64,000 bases of DNA from positions 1 through 64,000 of IMG/VR virus record IMGVR_UViG_3300047323_000138, one strand, 5' to 3'. This document shows positions 58,601 through 64,000 of this stretch, piece after piece. Source of the stretch: a virus. Numbering within the stretch: the stretch's first letter is position 1; every line of letters starts with the position of its first letter. Under the pieces are notes generated by a model, which did no database searches, had not been told where the DNA came from, and worked only from the letters and a program-made list of their open reading frames with translations. The position numbers and the translations under genes are program-made.

Positions 58601-61600
58601 TTACTTCTCTACCTCTTTTAGTCTATCACGCAAAGCTTTAATTTCAGCCTCTTGCAACAGATAAAGCTCCATCAACAACTGTCTACTATCTTCACACTCA
58701 GCATAAGCTGTTGACTGTTCACCTTTAGCGACAAGCTCCGTCACCTTGTAATTGACATCCTCAACAGCCCACTCAACCTCTGAGCGTTCACGTAGAAACA
58801 AGGTTCTTCCTTCACACTGGACAAGCCAACCTAGAGTTTTCATAGTCTTAGCCTCAATTTTCGCGACGGATAGTTTTGAACGCATCGGCCAGCAGGCGTT
58901 TGGTTCTCCTTTTTCCATCTTTGAGGCGAAACACACTGTAGCCTTTGTTACTATCAAGCTTCGTGATCGTACCTAAGAACATGCCTGAGTCGTTGAAGAC
59001 TCGACGGACTTTGCTACCGGCTACAGGACTGAAGCTGCTGTTGATTTGTGTAGTGCTCATGATATCACCTTAAAGAGTAAGATAACCAACCTAAAGAACC
59101 ATTTCTTCAGGCTTGTCTCCATGTCTGTCAGATGGCTAACTTCTTAATCGCCGTCTCTTTGCTCCTTTCATGACTTAATAGTAGCCGATGTCCTACACGG
59201 CGTCAAGAAAATTGTTAGGATTTATTTCAGTCATTGTAAATCAATGATTCTTCTACCAATTTCTCCTCAATCACCCCAAGCTGAATCACATAATCCAGCT
59301 CACCACCCTCATAAGCTGGTGTATCCTCGCTGACCCACAGCCAGCTCAGCAGGTGCTCCTCCAAGGTTTTTTTAGATAGATTCAGCAGATTACGACAATC
59401 CACCAAAGCTTGGTTGTACACATTAGGATTGTGCAGGGTTTCCAAAGCTTGCTTGATTTCTTCATTGATCATTTCTAAGCCCTCTACGTTGGTATTAACT
59501 GTCGTTGTGTTACGTTCTTAAGACGCTTTGTAAAGCAGATCTTACACTGATTTAGGATCCAATCAACAATTATTTCACAAGATTTTCATGAATTTTTAAA
59601 ACAGCCCGGTAATCTGGTGCCACTTTTCTTCTACAAATGCAACACCTTGTAAGTATTTCTCATCTATTTGACAGTCAATAGGTAGCTCGTCGTTTGCTGT
59701 CCAAGCCTCACACCAGCCTTCTAGTGCTTCATGTGAGCCGAGAGTACAAGCATAAATACCATCATGAATAGCTTGTCTGTAGTAATCGTTCTCAGGCGAT
59801 TCATTCAGAGATTTCTGTAGCTGTTCTTTCAGGAATTCAAGAGGACTTGTCATATCTTCTCCACAATTTTTGTACTCAAGTATTGGACTAACTCAGTAAA
59901 ACTAAAATCACCCCGTTCATGCCGCTTACGCAAATTCCCTTGTGCTGTGTGGTGACAGATAATTTTCCTTGCACCTCTTCCAACCTCTACACTGAATCCG
60001 TCTAAACCATAGTAAATCTCATCCAACTGCGTCCAACCAAGAGGGTTAGGATAAAGTTCTTCATACTCTTGTTTGGTGATGATGCTGGTGATTGTGTAAA
60101 TACCATTCCCTTCAGGGTAATTCTGTGCTTGGCGTATGACTGATTCGCCTATTGAGAATAGTTGTTTCATTCTTCATAGTCCACTTTCAAAGCTAATGAA
60201 AAGATGGCTTGATAATCCCAACCGCATTCAGAATCAAGAGTGTACATCACATAACCGTCAAGCTCAACAGCTTGCCCTTTGATAAGACCTGAATAAGTAT
60301 TTCCATTCTGCTCAATCAAATCCTCCAGTTTGTTATCCGTGTTGTAGATAACTTGACAGTCGTCAGCATACCAACATACTTCCGTACAGTCTTCTGGAAA
60401 GTTAATATGATCTTGAAACAGCTCTAATAGTTTACTATTCATCAGGCACCATCCTCACAAAATAAAGTTTCTTCAACATAATCACGACAGGCCAGTGCAT
60501 AATTATAGCGACACTGCTTCAACTCTTCTTTGGCCAAAATCAGGGCCAAAGATCCCTCTAAGGACGAGTGAGCCCCTTTGTATTCTTGTTCAGCAATAAG
60601 AAGTTTATTGCGTAGTTCTGTTAGGGTTTTCATTTACTCATCTCCCAACGCTCTAAATGAATTCGATCACTAATGCAGACATGAAACTTATCACAGGCTT
60701 TACCTACACCATCTCGCCTGTCATCTGCTTGAACGTGACCTAGAAACTTGTTGTTGATATAGACTGCGTAAGTGATCATTTAACACCCCTAGCCAAATCA
60801 ATCGCCTTGTTAATATCCTCTTCGGACGACTGTGTATTTCCCATCACTGCAAAGAAGTCTTTAGAATGATCTGTCAAATTATCCCATTCGACTGCACACT
60901 GAGATAGAAAGAAGTTCCAGCGATCAGAGTTTTTAAGCTGACTGTCCGACACCTTCTTAGACACAACGGCAGTCTTTGTTTTAACGGCCATAATTATTTC
61001 TCCTTACCAGTCAATATCAATAGTGTATGTGCCAGCTTCAATCAAACCTTTTTCATGTAGATCATTTGCGATCATTTCAACAGTTGGGTAGAAATTTCGT
61101 TCCCACCACATACTCAGACCATTTTTACGATCCCACTCATCAGGTGAATTAAGTGTTTGCTGAGAATCACGTTCAATCCAAGCTTTGAAACTAACACCCA
61201 TATCATCGTGGTTTACAACTTCAGGAACAGTATCATTCTCATAATCTTCAGCGTATTCATCGGGAATTGTAACCTCAACACGTTGACGCTCTTTACAACC
61301 ATCTTGTTGTTGAAAGCTGTAAGGACGCTCATAAGTGGTTTTTACCAAATTATCCCAATCACCTACATCAATGACTTGTTCTGTTCGGGTTGTAATCTTC
61401 ATAATCTTCTCCTAAATAATTTGTTTTACACATGTCTGTTGTGTGCATGGCTGTAAGATTAGCCGATTAGATTGGATGCGTCAAGCTTTTCTTCATTATC
61501 TACAAACCATTTACATTTCTCGTTCGGATTCTTGCAAGCCACGCACATAACCAAGAACGCTTGGTACTTTGGTAATGATTCTTGTGTGAATCTGGTGCAG

Positions 61601-63831
61601 GATAGGCGTCTATCACAATCTGTACCGTGGCATTTGACGAGCTTTGTCATTGTGTCCCCTTGATCGTATCGGTAATCCTCTGATAAGCAAGCGTTGCATT
61701 CTCTTGAGTGTCAAACTGTAGAGTTTCCCAAGTGTCGCTATATTCAAAATACACCCGTCTGTCTGTACCGAGATAGAATGAACGCATGTGTGCAAGGTTC
61801 AATGCAAAGGACTTGTTACCAATACCACTATAATCATCACTAAAAATGTACATTAATTACTCCAAAAGAATTTAGATTCTGTATCAACTTCATATGGACC
61901 CTCTGAGACATGAACATCACCACCTTCTGCCTCAATCTCATCAGCGAAGTCTTGTGCCTCTTTCTCTGTCTTGAATCGATTAGGTGTGTAATAGCCGTCA
62001 CAACCTGTTGTCACTTCAAACCATTTCATTTTATTCTACTCCTAAAATCAAAGACCTTTTTGTTTGACGTGATTGCATTTGAGGATCATCAAAACACACA
62101 GCTTCTGTAACAGAGACTTCCTCGCTACCGAATGCACCATCTTCAGTTTGAGTACTGTTTTCAATAACACTCACCTCTAGGTGTTGTGGTTGCTTCTCAA
62201 GCCATTTAATAAAAGTTGCTACGTTCATTCTTCCTCTCCAAGATCAAACTCTAACGACTCAATAATATTCTCAATCTCGTCTGTCACTGAATAGTCATAT
62301 TGCAACTCTTTTTCCAACAAGTGTTTAGCCTGTTGGAGTAGGGCAATAGCGTCTTCGATAGTTTCTTTACGTTGGGTCATTTGGGAGACTCCTCTTCAGG
62401 ATGTTGTTCGTTAAACCACTCATAGATTTCATCATTAACGTATTTGTTCACACGTTCCATTGTATGTCCGGGATTGTTGGCTTGAAGTTTATTCAAGATT
62501 TCAATTACCACATCCCAAGGGATCATCTTTTTATCACTCACCATAACCTCCAAACTCATAAGGAATTGCATTCAAGAAAGAGATAAGACTTTTTATAACA
62601 ACTTTAGCATCCTCCGGTGTACGAATATCAACCACACCATGATTCTTGTCTATGATAGCACAGATAGGCTGCGGATACTCAAAGATTTTAATGTTGTCTG
62701 ATTCATAAAATGGCTTGAAGTCTGTCATTTAAGCTTTCTCCTCAAAACTATAACAGTGGTTTATCCCATCATGATTTCTGATATATGTACACGTCAAGTG
62801 ATTCATCCTACCACCGACGTTAGTCATATCATTCGTATACTTAGGTGATGTACATCTCCACTCAAACAGCTTTATGTATCGCCATTGTGTTGTTAGGGAG
62901 CGGTGTTTGCAATCTGAGCATTTGTTCATTTAAGCTCCACAGTAGGACGAGCTGTCCACTGCCATTCTTTACAGTTCTCTTGCCAAGCTTCTTGGAACCA
63001 ATCGTTGGTGTTTTCAAGACATGCCCAATATTTCCCATCATCCTCGTCTTTGTAAAACCAAGCTGCGTTAACCAAACCTGTAGCTGGTTGATACCATTGT
63101 GCCTCTTTAGGTGCTTTGTTCCAATCAATATTCATTTAATCAACTCCTTAAGTTTTTCTGCATCAACATGATAACCTAGATCAATCCACTCTGCATAGGA
63201 ATATAGATTACCATCAGGGTATTTTAGTCCCGGATGTTGTATGTGCCATTCGTCCCAATGCTCATCAAACGTCTGAGGATTCAACACTTCCAAAGTGATT
63301 TGCATAGGACCACCACTGTAGCTATCTCCTTCGATTTCTAGATTGGCTTTGTATCCTTCTAGTAGTCTGGAAAGTTTTGTTAAGAATTCTTTGGTGTGGG
63401 TGTTCATACATCACCATACACAGGATTTTCTAAGTCTTCAATAAAGTTCAGTAATTCCTGAATAGCTTCAATTCGACCAAGATCCCAACCGATATCAAAA
63501 CCACCCTCTTCTGCACCTGACTGGTATGCATCAAGATTGTTAGTTTCATATTGATTCCAAAGCTGTGCATCTTCTTCAGTAATCAGTCCTTGGAAGTGTT
63601 CTTTAAGCCAAACCATTTTCTTTGGTAGCTTCATTCTATAATTTCCTCAAAATCTTCTTCTAGAAATACTTTATTGATCCTTATACTTCCAAAGTTCTCA
63701 CCACATCGCTCTACACTTAGGTAATAAAAATCCGCATCCTGATTAGTTATAGAGATAATATCATTCTCAAGTACTGGGTCATTATTAGTTGTATGCCACC
63801 AACCATCACCACCTATCTTATACTTCATCAC
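58601..63831 (-). other. Early small hypothetical ORFs (58601, 59227, 59596, 59850, 60167, 60442, 60776, 61004, 61459, 61647, 62031, 62377, 62534, 62729, 62926, 63132, 63404, 63631)
   Basis: Densely coupled ORFs with overlapping ATGA junctions and RBSs. Confidence 0.65.
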
Positions 63832-64000
63832 TTACACTCCTCACTTCCCGTATGCAAAACATAACATTTGCCGCTAGTTTTGTCCACTCCAATCACGCAG
63901 ACATGCATCCCCTTACCTAGCTCATCAGGAGTTGTTCCAACCTTAATTAGTAGCTCTTTTCCCGCCAACTCTTGCCATTTGAAGATGGATTTGGATAGGA

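Larger units (their letters stand above)
53254..59206 (-). promoter_or_regulatory. Series of strong sigma70-like early promoters
   Basis: TTGACT-16-TATAAT 53254-81; TTGACG-17-TAGAAT 54008-36; TTTACG-17-TATAAT 54811-39; TTGACG-17-TAGAAT 57169-97; TTGACA-17-TATTAT 57819-47; TTGACG-17-TACTAT 59178-206. Confidence 0.75.

Overview
This is a 64-kb segment of a tailed phage genome with a contractile tail (myovirus). Gene order resembles PAK_P1/phiPsa374-like Pseudomonas phages; the host is inferred, not shown. 1-33 kb (minus strand) is the late region: SAR-endolysin/pinholin/spanin lysis cassette, tail fibre, baseplate, tape measure, tube, sheath, neck, major capsid, scaffold, protease, portal, TerL, an extra fibre module, probable TerS and a tailspike/depolymerase. 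33-36 kb (minus) is a short accessory block. 36-51 kb (plus) carries DNA methylase, PhoH, ClpP-like protease, dCMP deaminase, two phosphoesterases, a GGQ mini release factor, a SLOG protein and an HTH protein. After a ~0.9-kb non-coding convergence zone, 52-64 kb (minus) holds many small early ORFs driven by sigma70-like promoters. Eight free-standing HNH/GIY-YIG endonuclease genes are scattered through the window. I found no tRNA genes or CRISPR array. The most striking unannotated signals are: (i) a ~470-nt structured RNA at 32984-33450 with a canonical hammerhead ribozyme followed by hairpins whose loops show anti-Shine-Dalgarno sequence (CUCUCCU), downstream of an unannotated 44-aa peptide resembling the toxin-binding half of DinJ/RelB; (ii) a dif-like XerCD site at 51753-51780; (iii) a plasmid-like CopG/wHTH/repeat cassette; (iv) a duplicated, recoded terS 5' end flanking an HNH gene; (v) pseudoknot leaders in front of HNH genes. 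All structures and protein assignments come from manual inspection only.
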